48,300 bases of DNA from sequence record SRR31156797_11191; one strand, written 5' to 3'. The notes below the pieces were generated by a model. That model saw only the letters and a program-made list of their open reading frames with translations. It was not told the origin of the DNA and ran no database searches. The position numbers and the translations under genes were made by a program. Of the stretch, positions 18,637 through 28,205 are shown piece by piece (the stretch's first letter is position 1; each line of letters starts with the position of its first letter).

Positions 18637-19610
18637 TCCACCTCCTTAAGTTCCCCGTCGGCAGCCATGAATTCATGACGTTTGCGGTACAAATCCTTGA
18701 GTTTGAGGGGGTCTGCCACCAACTGGAACACAACCGCCACGAAAAGCGTTCCACCAATAGCATTACCCATGATTGTAAAGAGTTGGTTATGTGCCCAGCC
18801 AAACTTGCCGAACCCCCAGTGCATCAGCACTGGAACGACGTTGTTCATACCGGAAACAGCCTCAACCCACATGTCTTGTTGAAAAAGCGGTACGGCCAAA
18901 AAGCCGATATTCGCTATGCAGTGTTCATTCATGCCTGCCACAAAGGCCAGAGGGCCATATGCTGTCAGGACGATTTTGCTCATATCATCATTGGTTTTCA
19001 TGAAAAGGATGGCTGCGGACTGCAGAGTCCAAGTACAAATTATACCCATGACAAAGATTTCCATGGCGGTCTCGCCGGTCTTTGCCAGGCCAATTTCATG
19101 GGCTCGCATAAGCCAAGGCAGGGCGTGATAACCGCCGCCTTTACTCATAATCCACATGAAGGTCATGGAGCCTATGAAATTACCAATATATCCCACAAAG
19201 ACACCCCAGACGAACTGTCGCCAAGTGATGCGATCCTGAAACACTCCAACCAACCCATAGGCCATGTCTGCCGTGACAAGCGTCATTCCGCTGAACATGA
19301 TAATGACCAACGAGAACATAAATACGAGTCCCATGAGCAGATTGGCCAAGCCCGGTGCCAAACTACTCGGTACCCCGGCAGAAACAGCCAATGCCAGCAT
19401 GGCACCGAAGCAAACAAATGCCCCTCCCGCAAAAGCGGAAAGTAGAAAGGCCAGCGGCCTTTTTCGCAGCATTCCCCACTTCTTGTCACATACGTCTGCG
19501 ACTTCCATCAGATGTTTTTCAGGACTCAAAGGCATCCAATTCTCCCATTCGAAGGGATACGCCTCTGATATAATAGCGCATCCCCTCACTCTCTCAGCAA
19601 TCGCTTGCAT
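18633..19610 (-). CDS. Formate/nitrite transporter (FNT) family channel
   Basis: AGGAFVCFG, GLVF, LVTAD (LFT-like), GNFIGS, GIICT, EHCIAN, GNAIGG; probable start ATG 19610. Confidence 0.9.
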   Translation of the reverse strand: MQAIAERVRGCAIISEAYPFEWENWMPLSPEKHLMEVADVCDKKWGMLRKRPLAFLLSAFAGGAFVCFGAMLALAVSAGVPSSLAPGLANLLMGLVFMFSLVIIMFSGMTLVTADMAYGLVGVFQDRITWRQFVWGVFVGYIGNFIGSMTFMWIMSKGGGYHALPWLMRAHEIGLAKTGETAMEIFVMGIICTWTLQSAAILFMKTNDDMSKIVLTAYGPLAFVAGMNEHCIANIGFLAVPLFQQDMWVEAVSGMNNVVPVLMHWGFGKFGWAHNQLFTIMGNAIGGTLFVAVVFQLVADPLKLKDLYRKRHEFMAADGELKEVE

Positions 19611-19816
19611 GGTTATCCTGTCTTTCCACCAGCCAGCGCCGTGCACTGCGCGCAGACGTTTTTCGTCGTCCACACAAATAAGAGCCATGGGCACAGAAAA
19701 AAGTTACCTGTATAAGGATAAAATATGAAAGTTTTATAAAAAACCTAACAAAAAAGGGGTGTTGAGAGGTGTCTTTTTTTAAAGGACAGAAAGAGGAAGA
19801 AAAGCGTGGTCCTTCT

Positions 19817-21178
19817 TCAACAAAATTCATCACAAACGAATTCATCAAGATCACACGAGGAAGACAGGACACCACTGGCAATGGCCAATTGCATAAACTC
19901 ATGAATACGCCCCCGATCAGGACTCAAATCATCAAATGTGACAATTTTTTCTTCAAGGACTTTGGCTGCAAGATCTCGAGATACGCCGGTATACACAGCC
20001 TGGGTTGCGGCACAGTAGTCAATATCCGTGTGAAGCTTGTCTCTGGCCTGATATAAAATACGGACATAATCACTCACCAGTTCAGGATAAGCATTAAAAA
20101 AGTCCTCACGAACGGCAACCACACAGCAGATATGTCCCGGCGCAATCTCCTTGGAACGAATCTGCACATCAGCTCCGCCTTCACTGAGGCACTTCGTACT
20201 CCACGGTTCGGCACAAAAAAAGGCGTCTATCAACTGTCGCTTCAAGGAACTGATGACGTAGGAAGGGTTGGTATCAGCAGTACTGACGTTGCCCCAATTC
20301 CCCGGTTGATCCTGGGCCAACTTGCCGAGCAGGACACGATGCGTAGAATATTTGCCAGGGACGCCCACAAGCTTCCCCTCCAACTTTTCTGCAGAAGTTG
20401 TCAACGAACTCCCATCGTGATGCCCATCCATGATGTATTTGAGCGGTGTCCCGGAATTGCACAACTGCATGGCCAGAGGTGCCATGATAAATGCCGCGTT
20501 GATTGTTCCCTGACGCAAAGCATTGGCAAGTGCGGTCCAGGACAGAAATCGCTTCATGTGGATCCGGGAATTGCGCCCCATACCAAGGCGATGGGCCACC
20601 ATACCCAGCAAATGATCCGATATGGGAAGATAACCGACCTTGATGGCGGGTTCACTGACATGCTTTTCCAACATACTAGAAAGTAATGGGCGAGCACTGT
20701 GCAACCGCTTGCGTACGGTTCCTCTTTTCAAAGAAAGGGCATCAGCAACTTCTCCCACTGAATAGCCGGATTCAAAATAAAGTTGGCAGACATCCCGCAA
20801 CGGCTCAGACAACTTTAAAATAGCCTGACTAGCCGTAGCGCGAAAGCACTTGGATTCATAACTCAATAAAGGGTCAAAAGACTTCGGGGCAAGAGGCTCG
20901 AAACGAGCCAGACTCTCCAGAGATATTTCTCGCCCTCGGACTCGCAACTGCCGATGACACTGAGACACGACTATCGCCTTGAGCCAAGCGGGGAAACGGT
21001 CCACTTCACGCAGTTGATCCAACCGGGAATAGGCTATGAGTAAAGATTCTTGAACAACATCTTGCGCCTCATCAGAGGAACCAAGCATACGGTTAGCATG
21101 AGCGAGAATGCCGGGCATCAACCCGGTAATAAGTTCGTTCATCCCGCGAACATTCGTCTGTTCTTCAAAGTATCCCAT
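19817..21178 (-). CDS. ECF sigma factor fused to a C-terminal NrtA/CmpA/NasS-type anion-binding domain
   Basis: Sigma2 DEAQDVVQE..FPAWL; sigma4 GYSVGEVADAL...GTVRKRLHSAR; then KVGYLPISDH, SWTALANAL, MAPLA, STH, AEPW, GHICCV. Start uncertain (21202, 21178 or 21142). Confidence 0.85.
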   Translation of the reverse strand: MGYFEEQTNVRGMNELITGLMPGILAHANRMLGSSDEAQDVVQESLLIAYSRLDQLREVDRFPAWLKAIVVSQCHRQLRVRGREISLESLARFEPLAPKSFDPLLSYESKCFRATASQAILKLSEPLRDVCQLYFESGYSVGEVADALSLKRGTVRKRLHSARPLLSSMLEKHVSEPAIKVGYLPISDHLLGMVAHRLGMGRNSRIHMKRFLSWTALANALRQGTINAAFIMAPLAMQLCNSGTPLKYIMDGHHDGSSLTTSAEKLEGKLVGVPGKYSTHRVLLGKLAQDQPGNWGNVSTADTNPSYVISSLKRQLIDAFFCAEPWSTKCLSEGGADVQIRSKEIAPGHICCVVAVREDFFNAYPELVSDYVRILYQARDKLHTDIDYCAATQAVYTGVSRDLAAKVLEEKIVTFDDLSPDRGRIHEFMQLAIASGVLSSSCDLDEFVCDEFC

Positions 21179-21461
21179 GGGTCGGACGCACTCCACGTTC
21201 ACTTAATCAACTATTCAGACCTATTACGTATAGCGGTATATCAAGAAAAATAATTAGTCGAGAAAAAACGAAGAACCAAAGTTGCCTTTCACTTTTTATG
21301 AAAAAAAGCAGGACACCAAAAGAACAGTTCAAGTCATTATTTCAGACATATAACGCCACTGTTTATGTCTTTTCATCGCGAATAAAAAATAAAATATATA
21401 ATATGACTAAAAGGTCTAGATGGATATCTTGAGCGTGAATAAAACTTTAAGGGAGTATCCT

Positions 21462-23522
21462 ATGGCGTTCAAAGATCTTTCACTGAAGATAAAAATCGGG
21501 GGAAGTGTTTGTCTTATCGTTTCCCTCATCCTCGTGGTGTACACAGCGATTGTCGTCTCAAAGACACAAACCATTTCTATTGATTCCGCCAAGGAAATAG
21601 CGGATGAGATGGCCAACCGGTATGGCAATCAAGTCAAAAACAACATTGAAAAAGCACTTGATGCGTCTATCACAACTGCCGCCATATTCGGAGGCATGGT
21701 CAAGGACCGTGATATCATCGATCGCACCATCATCGACGAAATCCAAAAACAGGTCGCTCTTTCCGATGACACATTCTATGGAATTCAGTCCTGCTTCGAG
21801 CCAAATGCTCTTGATGGCAAGGACGCCGAATTCCACGCGACAGGTGACCCCATGTGGGAACACATGAATGGTGCTTACGGCAACTATTGGTGGAAGGAAG
21901 GCGGCACACTGAAAGTCGTGAACCTTACCAAATATGATTATCCAAATACGCGCGCATGGTATAAAGGCCCTCGAGACAAGGATGGACCGTTCCTGACGGA
22001 ACCGTATTACACTGAGGTTGCCAAGACGAACATGTCCACCATCAGTGTCCCTATCCGGGAAAATGGTAAGTTCATCGGTATTGTCGGCATCGACTTTGTT
22101 TTGAGTGCTTTCCAGAAAATGGTCGATGGCATCAGGCCCATGGAAAGCGGTTACGCCTTCATCGCTTCAAATAAAGGCTACTGTGTGGCCCACCCGGACA
22201 GCAATATTGTTGGTAAAAGCATTGCCGAGGCTTTCCCGCCTGAGCTAAAAACCACCATCCTCTCTTCATTGGAAAATGGCAAAAAATTTGAAGGGTTTAT
22301 TGTATCACCGCTGGACAACATGGAATATCTTTTCGAATTACAGCCGATTTTGATAAACGGAACAGGTTCCCCATGGTCCATTGGTATCGCCATTCCCAAA
22401 GACAAGATTCATGAAGACGCCGACGCCTTCCTGTATCTGAGTGTTATCCTGACCATAGCCGCAATTCTTCTGGTCGTGGTTGTCGTTGTTCTGCTCGCAA
22501 GGGCCATCACCAGTTCCCTGATCAAGGCCGTCGAATTCGCCAAGGAAATTGCCGCAGGCAATCTCATGGCGCAACTCGATATCAACCAGAAGGACGAAAT
22601 TGGTGTCATGGCCTCAACACTCGCTGACATGGGTGCAAACCTCAGAAGTGTTGTCGGCGAAGTCAGAGGGGTAACGAACAATGTCGCCTCTGGATCAGAA
22701 GAACTGTCTTCCACCTCCATCGCGCTTTCACAGGGTGCAACCGAACAAGCGGCCTCCATTGAGGAAGTTTCCTCCAGCATGGAAGAAATGGCCTCCAATA
22801 TCAGCCAGAATGCTGAAAACGCTGCCCAGACACAAACCCTTGCGGACGGCGCTGCCAAACAGGCAGAAGAGGGCGGCGAAGCTGTATCCGAAGCCGTCAC
22901 TGCCATGCGGGAAATTGCGGACAAGATCAGCATCATTGAAGAAATAGCCCGACAGACCAACCTGCTCGCCTTGAATGCGGCCATTGAAGCTGCCCGCGCA
23001 GGCGAACACGGTAAAGGTTTTGCGGTGGTCGCAGCCGAAGTCAGAAAGCTGGCGGAACGTTCAGGTGTCGCTGCGGGTGAAATCAGCCTGTTGGCAACCG
23101 AAAGCGTAGACGTGGCTGACCGTGCAGGCGAACTGCTTGGCAAGTTGGTCCCGGACATCCAACGCACAGCTGAACTGGTCGAAGAGATCACCACTGCCAG
23201 CAATGAGCAGAATGCAGGTGCCTCCCAGATCAATACAGCGATTCAGCAACTCGACAGCGTTGTGCAGCAAAACGCCGCAGCCTCGGAAGAGATGTCTTCG
23301 ACATCATCCCAGCTGTCCGCTCAGGCCACACAGCTCCAGTCCACCGTCTCCTTCTTCAAACTTGATGAAGGCGGTTACCAGCAACCCAGGCAAGTCGTAG
23401 CAACCAGGAAGCCTGCACAAGCTCTGAGCACAACACAGTCTGCTCCTCAGGCTCCAACCCAGAGCGCACAAGGTGGTGTCGCATTGGAAATGAATGAGGA
23501 CGAAGACTTCGAACGGTTCTAA
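21462..23522 (+). CDS. Methyl-accepting chemotaxis protein (Cache sensor, HAMP, MCP signal, C-terminal DFERF pentapeptide)
   Basis: Two TM helices, WY..P...TEPY Cache motif, [37 protein letters not shown] 21462 behind GGGAG. Confidence 0.95.
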   Translation: MAFKDLSLKIKIGGSVCLIVSLILVVYTAIVVSKTQTISIDSAKEIADEMANRYGNQVKNNIEKALDASITTAAIFGGMVKDRDIIDRTIIDEIQKQVALSDDTFYGIQSCFEPNALDGKDAEFHATGDPMWEHMNGAYGNYWWKEGGTLKVVNLTKYDYPNTRAWYKGPRDKDGPFLTEPYYTEVAKTNMSTISVPIRENGKFIGIVGIDFVLSAFQKMVDGIRPMESGYAFIASNKGYCVAHPDSNIVGKSIAEAFPPELKTTILSSLENGKKFEGFIVSPLDNMEYLFELQPILINGTGSPWSIGIAIPKDKIHEDADAFLYLSVILTIAAILLVVVVVVLLARAITSSLIKAVEFAKEIAAGNLMAQLDINQKDEIGVMASTLADMGANLRSVVGEVRGVTNNVASGSEELSSTSIALSQGATEQAASIEEVSSSMEEMASNISQNAENAAQTQTLADGAAKQAEEGGEAVSEAVTAMREIADKISIIEEIARQTNLLALNAAIEAARAGEHGKGFAVVAAEVRKLAERSGVAAGEISLLATESVDVADRAGELLGKLVPDIQRTAELVEEITTASNEQNAGASQINTAIQQLDSVVQQNAAASEEMSSTSSQLSAQATQLQSTVSFFKLDEGGYQQPRQVVATRKPAQALSTTQSAPQAPTQSAQGGVALEMNEDEDFERF

Positions 23523-23618
23523 CAACAAGGAGCCGGATACCATCAACGATATCCGGCTCTCTTCCAACGGATTCAATTCTTTGGATGCCGAGACTCCCCG
23601 GCATCCAAAGAATAACGA

Positions 23619-23648
23619 AAAAGGCCCCTGCCAAAACAGGGGCCTTTT
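23619..23648. terminator. Bidirectional terminator between the MCP and cytochrome b genes
   Basis: AAAAGGCCCCTG-ccaaaa-CAGGGGCCTTTT. Confidence 0.8.
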
Positions 23649-23668
23649 ATTTTCAGAGATAAACCCAA

Positions 23669-24313
23669 TTACGCCTTCTTTTCCCATTCCTCTACTTCAA
23701 AGCCCTCGGGAACTTCTTCCCAACCGGAGAACATGGCCGCAATATGCGCGGTGACAGAATGTCCAGTGGTCGTCATGTAAACGTGAACAATAAGGAAGAT
23801 AAGGATAGAAAACCCGCCAATCAGATGCAACAAACCTATCACTTCAAGTGAGAGGAACGACAACCCCCAATTGGCCCAATCGTTGTATCCCCAGTACAGA
23901 AAACCGGTCACCATCTGGAATGGCAACAGCATGGCCGTCAATGCCAGATAGGTCAGTCGCTGCATGGGATTATGTTTTGCGCTCTTGGACTTGTGCACAG
24001 GGTGCTCTTCTCCCTTGAAGATGCCTGATCCATAATACATGGCCACCTCGAAAAGCTTCTTGGTGGTCGGAATATATTGTTTGTATTCGTGGGTTACGAA
24101 CATCCAAAAGGCAAAGAAGAAGAACATGCCGAGCCACAACAGCCCCAGGGTGTTGTGCAGATCAACCGCCCCCATGAAACCGAACAGCTCAAACGTACCA
24201 TGTACTTCAAAACCAGTGGCCAGAAGCAGGATAATCATGATGGCTTGAAACCAGTGCCAGAAACGCTCAAACTTGGAATACAGGTATATTTTTTTCATTG
24301 ATTGTTGACTCAT
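23669..24313 (-). CDS. Di-heme cytochrome b membrane subunit (PhsC/HydC-like), partner of the OTR
   Basis: ERFWHW, LH, HNPMQRLTY, LH...HVYM heme-b His pattern; four TM helices; 3 bp after the otr stop. Confidence 0.88.
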   Translation of the reverse strand: MSQQSMKKIYLYSKFERFWHWFQAIMIILLLATGFEVHGTFELFGFMGAVDLHNTLGLLWLGMFFFFAFWMFVTHEYKQYIPTTKKLFEVAMYYGSGIFKGEEHPVHKSKSAKHNPMQRLTYLALTAMLLPFQMVTGFLYWGYNDWANWGLSFLSLEVIGLLHLIGGFSILIFLIVHVYMTTTGHSVTAHIAAMFSGWEEVPEGFEVEEWEKKA

Positions 24314-24316
24314 GGA

Positions 24317-26038
24317 CTAATCCTCCTTCCTTCTGAGACCGGAGACAAAGCGCATAATGCCATGAATGATAACAGCCAATAATGCGGCTCCTGCGCCAAA
24401 CCACCCTGCGGAATCCACAAGCTGATACTTGTCCCGACCCGGCATATAGAATCCAGTCAGGTCCTTGAGTCGCCCTTCAGGATTATGGCACTGGGCGCAC
24501 TTCAGCGCGTTCTCGCGGGGTGCAACCATATGTGTGGTCGGGAAAGCGTAGGTCGTTTCCACAAACCCGAATTCACCACTGTATTTCTGTCCGGCATATT
24601 TCATGCCCACTTCAATGGATTTTTCCCAGTCAAACCCCTTCCAGTATGCAGTCTTGTCCTTCTTGTCGAAGGGGAAAAGATGCGGAATGACCATGGTCTT
24701 GTTGACCTTGTCATATGGAGACATGGCCCGATGCACTTTGAACGGCATGATGCGGGAATTCGGGTCTTTCCTGTCGCCGTTTGGCCGATTCAGCCAGACT
24801 TCCCCGGTAGGATCGATGGCATCTTCGGTGGTGACGTGATCCATGGTCCCGTCGAACCAATAATATTCAGGTACAACATCCTTTTCCCAGACAAACTCAC
24901 CCTTTTTCTTCAAAAATACCGGCTTACCATCTGGCCCCTTGATCTTGGCTTTACCGTCCATAAGTTGTCCTGCTTTGGACCAATCCCACCACATCTTGGT
25001 GGATTGGGCACGAGCAAATTCAGGAATATGGCATGACTGACACGCCACCTTGTCGGTATGATCATTCAACTTGGAGAACATACCGCCGCTCATGTGGGGC
25101 TGACTACCGTGGCAGGATTCACACATGATTTTGTCGCCAAGGTCATCCTGAAGCAGACTCTTGCGTTCCAAAGCCGCAGGCTTCTCATAAATACGCCCGG
25201 CGACATGGTGGTTGCGTGTAGTGTGACAACGGGTACAGGCAAAGTCCTGACCGCCGGACTCCTTGGTCCCCATATGGACATCAAGATTCTTGTCAGGTTT
25301 GACCAAGGAGGAATCAAGATCGCCGTGCTTGACCGCGTCAGCCCCACCACCAAAGAAATGGCAGGAACCGCAGTTCTTGCGTTCCGGGCGGCCAACGGAT
25401 TGGGCAACCTTGGCCCAGTCAGGTGCATAATAGGTCTTGCCGTTTGATTTGAAGACCACGCCCTTCTGCGTACCCGGATTTTCCGGGTCCTCGACATATT
25501 TGGCGGGATAACCCGCACCGGACGGAAACTTTTTGTAGGTTCCGGTTTTTTCGTGACAGACAAGACAGTCGACTTTTTCCTGAGAGGTAAAGTCAAAGCT
25601 GTTGTCCTTCCATCCATAACCGGCATGACATGATGTGCAACGAGCCTCGTTGCTTGCGGTGTTTATTCAAAAATTGTTGACGGATATTCCGCCCTTGCCG
25701 AACTTTGCCGGATTTCCGGCTTCGTCTTCATCCCGCCATGTCCAATGAATAGTCTGATGAAACTGCAAAGCCGCCTTGTTGTGACAACCAAGGCAGGCTT
25801 GCGTGACCTCTTCAGGTCGCATGGTCTTTTGTTTTTCCGGATCAAATTGCAGTTGTGCGAACTTGCTGTGATCAGCCGTAATTGTCTGAATCAGCGGTTT
25901 CGCCTTAGTCGCCTGAATGGCCAACGTTCTGCCCGGCGCGTTCTCGTGCTCCACTGCGGCCCATGCGCTCCCGGCATGAACCATCACGAACAACACCGCG
26001 AGGACCGTCAACAGCCATCGCCGATTGCAAATGGTCAT
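24317..26038 (-). CDS. otr: Octaheme c-type cytochrome, tetrathionate reductase (OTR) family, 573 aa, in-frame UGA at codon 124 (probable selenocysteine)
   Basis: Signal peptide, AGGAGG RBS, eight CxxCH (CLGCH, CTSCH, CLVCH, CGSCH, CTRCH, CESCH, CQSCH, CAQCH) in one frame; the only interruption is TGA at 25667-25669 in GKGGISVNNF*INTASNEARCTSCHAGYGW. Confidence 0.9.
25637..25653 (-). promoter_or_regulatory. Putative bacterial SECIS hairpin
   Basis: GCAACGA-GGC-UCGUUGC starts 13 nt after the UGA; the G-starting apical loop is 20 nt from the UGA. Confidence 0.75.
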
Positions 26039-26146
26039 GTTCAACCTCCTGTTACTCTCGGTACCCCTCCCCGGAGGCCCATGCGCTCCGGAAAAAACTT
26101 TCATCTGTCTATATGTGCATGTTTTCATGTTTGATGTCCATATTTC

Positions 26147-26160
26147 ATGAAATCGATCAA
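26147..26160 (-). promoter_or_regulatory. Degenerate FNR-type box upstream of otr
   Basis: TTGAT-CGAT-TTCAT on the minus strand (8/10 match to TTGAT-N4-ATCAA). Confidence 0.5.
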
Positions 26161-27168
26161 TCATCCCTTCACCGGGACTGTAACAGCACCTTGCATGGAC
26201 TCGGCTTGTGAATCGCCAAAGATTTTCGGAGTGAAGCGGACGTACCAAGCAGCTGACTGAACCTGAATGACATACGCCATGGCTATAACCAACGCGGCAT
26301 CCGACCCTTTTGTGCCAAAGGCATTAATGGCAATTGCCAATGCAATGGAAAGATTACGCATGACCGAGCCATAAACCAATGCAATAGCATCACCACGCGA
26401 CAAGAAAAACTTGCCCACCACAGTACTCAAAACAAAATTCACGCCGTAAATAATCACGAGCGGGACAAGGATATCGAGCAGTACTTCGGGAGCCGAGGCA
26501 ATAGTCTTTGCCTTGAGCGCCAAGGCCACGAACACGATGCCGAGAACGCCCAGCGTGGAAAGCGACGGAAACTTCGGCCCGATCTCTTTCTGAAATAATC
26601 CTTGACCATAACGGGCCACCAGAAACCATTGAGTGAAAAAGCCCAAAACCATGGGCAAAAACACAATGAAAAAGATCTGCCTGAATACGGCCAAAAGGCT
26701 TATATCAATGGTCGTCCCCATGAAGGCCTGCACATAAAAGGGTGTAGCCAAAGACCCCAGAATCAGACCGATAACAGTCATTTTGATGGCAGCAGACATG
26801 TTTCCCTTGGCAAAACCGGTCCACGAAATGGTCATACCACTCGTGGGTACCAGTCCGGCCAAGAGCAGACCGAGGGCCATGTATGGATTGTCTTTAAAAA
26901 AGAGGAGGCCGACGCCAAAGGCGAGGAAGGGAATCAGCCCGAAATTAATGAGCTGAGTAAGTATTTGCGCCTTGACGTCGCCCCCCTCGAAAACCTTCCT
27001 GATCTTGAGTGTGACCATCATGGGATAAACCATGAGGAAGGTGAATGGAACGATCATGGATTTAAGCCAGCCGGTATCGGCTGACACTCCGTAAGCAAAC
27101 CCGGCCACCATCATAACGGGGATGGCAACAACAAGGTTTTTTGATATTTTCTGAAGTAATGCGAACAT
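26161..27168 (-). CDS. SBF/Acr3-like (bile acid:Na symporter / 'arsenic resistance') transporter
   Basis: MVYPMM, PTSGMTISWTGFAKGN, MRNLSIALAIA; about 10 TM helices; ATG 27168 behind GAGGA. Confidence 0.85.
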   Translation of the reverse strand: MFALLQKISKNLVVAIPVMMVAGFAYGVSADTGWLKSMIVPFTFLMVYPMMVTLKIRKVFEGGDVKAQILTQLINFGLIPFLAFGVGLLFFKDNPYMALGLLLAGLVPTSGMTISWTGFAKGNMSAAIKMTVIGLILGSLATPFYVQAFMGTTIDISLLAVFRQIFFIVFLPMVLGFFTQWFLVARYGQGLFQKEIGPKFPSLSTLGVLGIVFVALALKAKTIASAPEVLLDILVPLVIIYGVNFVLSTVVGKFFLSRGDAIALVYGSVMRNLSIALAIAINAFGTKGSDAALVIAMAYVIQVQSAAWYVRFTPKIFGDSQAESMQGAVTVPVKG

Positions 27169-27189
27169 GAGTATTCCTCGCTTGAGCAA

Positions 27190-27408
27190 TCAGTCCTGAC
27201 CGGAGTCGCCCATTTCGGTTTCACGACATTCAGGATCGGAACAACACGGAGCCTCACCGTCACGGTACACAACCACTCCGTTACGCACCGGTTCCACGAT
27301 GAACCGTCTGGTACAATCTGAGCAATTGACGTAGAAAGGACGGTAGTCGCTGTATTCAGCGGTTTCCTGACCAACAGAACAATACGGGCAATGAACGTGG
27401 GCACTCAT
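27190..27408 (-). CDS. Small Cys-rich (zinc-ribbon-like) protein, 72 aa
   Basis: AAGGAGG RBS; CPYC, CSDC, CCSDPEC. Confidence 0.75.
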   Translation of the reverse strand: MSAHVHCPYCSVGQETAEYSDYRPFYVNCSDCTRRFIVEPVRNGVVVYRDGEAPCCSDPECRETEMGDSGQD

Positions 27409-27470
27409 GATGACCTCCTTGATATGTCTCAGTGTCGCCCTTAAAATAGACCTCTCCACGCTGGACGGCA

Positions 27471-27484
27471 TTGATCTCGATCAA
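27471..27484. promoter_or_regulatory. Perfect FNR-type operator TTGAT-N4-ATCAA
   Basis: TTGATCTCGATCAA between the divergent Crp/Fnr gene and the Cys-protein/transporter/otr operon. Confidence 0.85.
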
Positions 27485-27510
27485 CACAAACGACTTTTTC
27501 AGGATTTTTG

Positions 27511-28164
27511 ATGAAAAAAAATGAACTCAAGGACGCAATCCGGGATTTTCCGGTATTTGCCAAGCTCAAGGAAGAGCAGCTCGACCGACTGGCTTCACAT
27601 GCAGAAATCATGGAATTCCCCAGAAAATCACTGTTCTTCAGTGAAGACAAATCCGCTCAGGGCATGCATGTACTACTCTCGGGACAGGTGAAACTGTTCA
27701 AGATATCCGAAGACGGAAAAGAACAGACCATCTTTGTCTTCGGTCCGGGAGAGCCGTTCTGTCTCTGCTCCACCTTTTCCGATGGCAAGCTGCCAGCCAA
27801 TCTCGGAGCATTGGAGAACAGTCAGGTTCTATACATCACGCCGGATGAATTCGAACTGTTGGTCCAGGAAGACCCGTCCATCCTGCTCGTCATGATGCGG
27901 GTCATGTCCCGCCGTCTGAAAGAAGCCATGGACATGATCGATTCCCTATCACTCAAGCAGGTGCCGTCCCGATTGATGGCCTACTTCGAAAGCCGTCATC
28001 AGGAAGGACGCGTCACGCTTGATCTGTCGTATCGGGAACTCGCCAAGATCATCGGCATCACTCCAGAGGCCCTCTCGCGCACCCTGCATAAAATGGTCGA
28101 TGACAAACTGATCACAATGGATGGACCAGACATCTTGCTCACAGCTACAGACAAAAACGGCTGA
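27511..28164 (+). CDS. Crp/Fnr family transcriptional regulator (HcpR/Dnr-like)
   Basis: cNMP-like domain ([23 protein letters not shown]); [18 protein letters not shown] with ExxSR. Confidence 0.92.
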   Translation: MKKNELKDAIRDFPVFAKLKEEQLDRLASHAEIMEFPRKSLFFSEDKSAQGMHVLLSGQVKLFKISEDGKEQTIFVFGPGEPFCLCSTFSDGKLPANLGALENSQVLYITPDEFELLVQEDPSILLVMMRVMSRRLKEAMDMIDSLSLKQVPSRLMAYFESRHQEGRVTLDLSYRELAKIIGITPEALSRTLHKMVDDKLITMDGPDILLTATDKNG

Positions 28165-28205
28165 ACATCATAGAGTGGCACCAGTACCTATCAAAGGAGG
28201 GGACC

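Noticed and set aside
17407-18678. 423-aa plus-strand ORF and other long antisense ORFs (313-1137, 12371-13453, 22409-23233, 43222-44058, 45114-46073)
   Set aside because: Shadow frames opposite well-supported genes, with no recognisable motifs
24317-26248. otr as a nonsense pseudogene or as two separate genes
   Set aside because: The only lesion is TGA exactly at a conserved Cys, followed by a SECIS-like hairpin; all eight heme motifs, the RBS and the partner cytochrome b are intact
27169-27192. Possible second UGA readthrough fusing the Cys-rich protein to the in-frame transporter
   Set aside because: The transporter has its own RBS and ATG at 27168, only a weak hairpin follows the UGA, and there is no evidence the position aligns to a Cys
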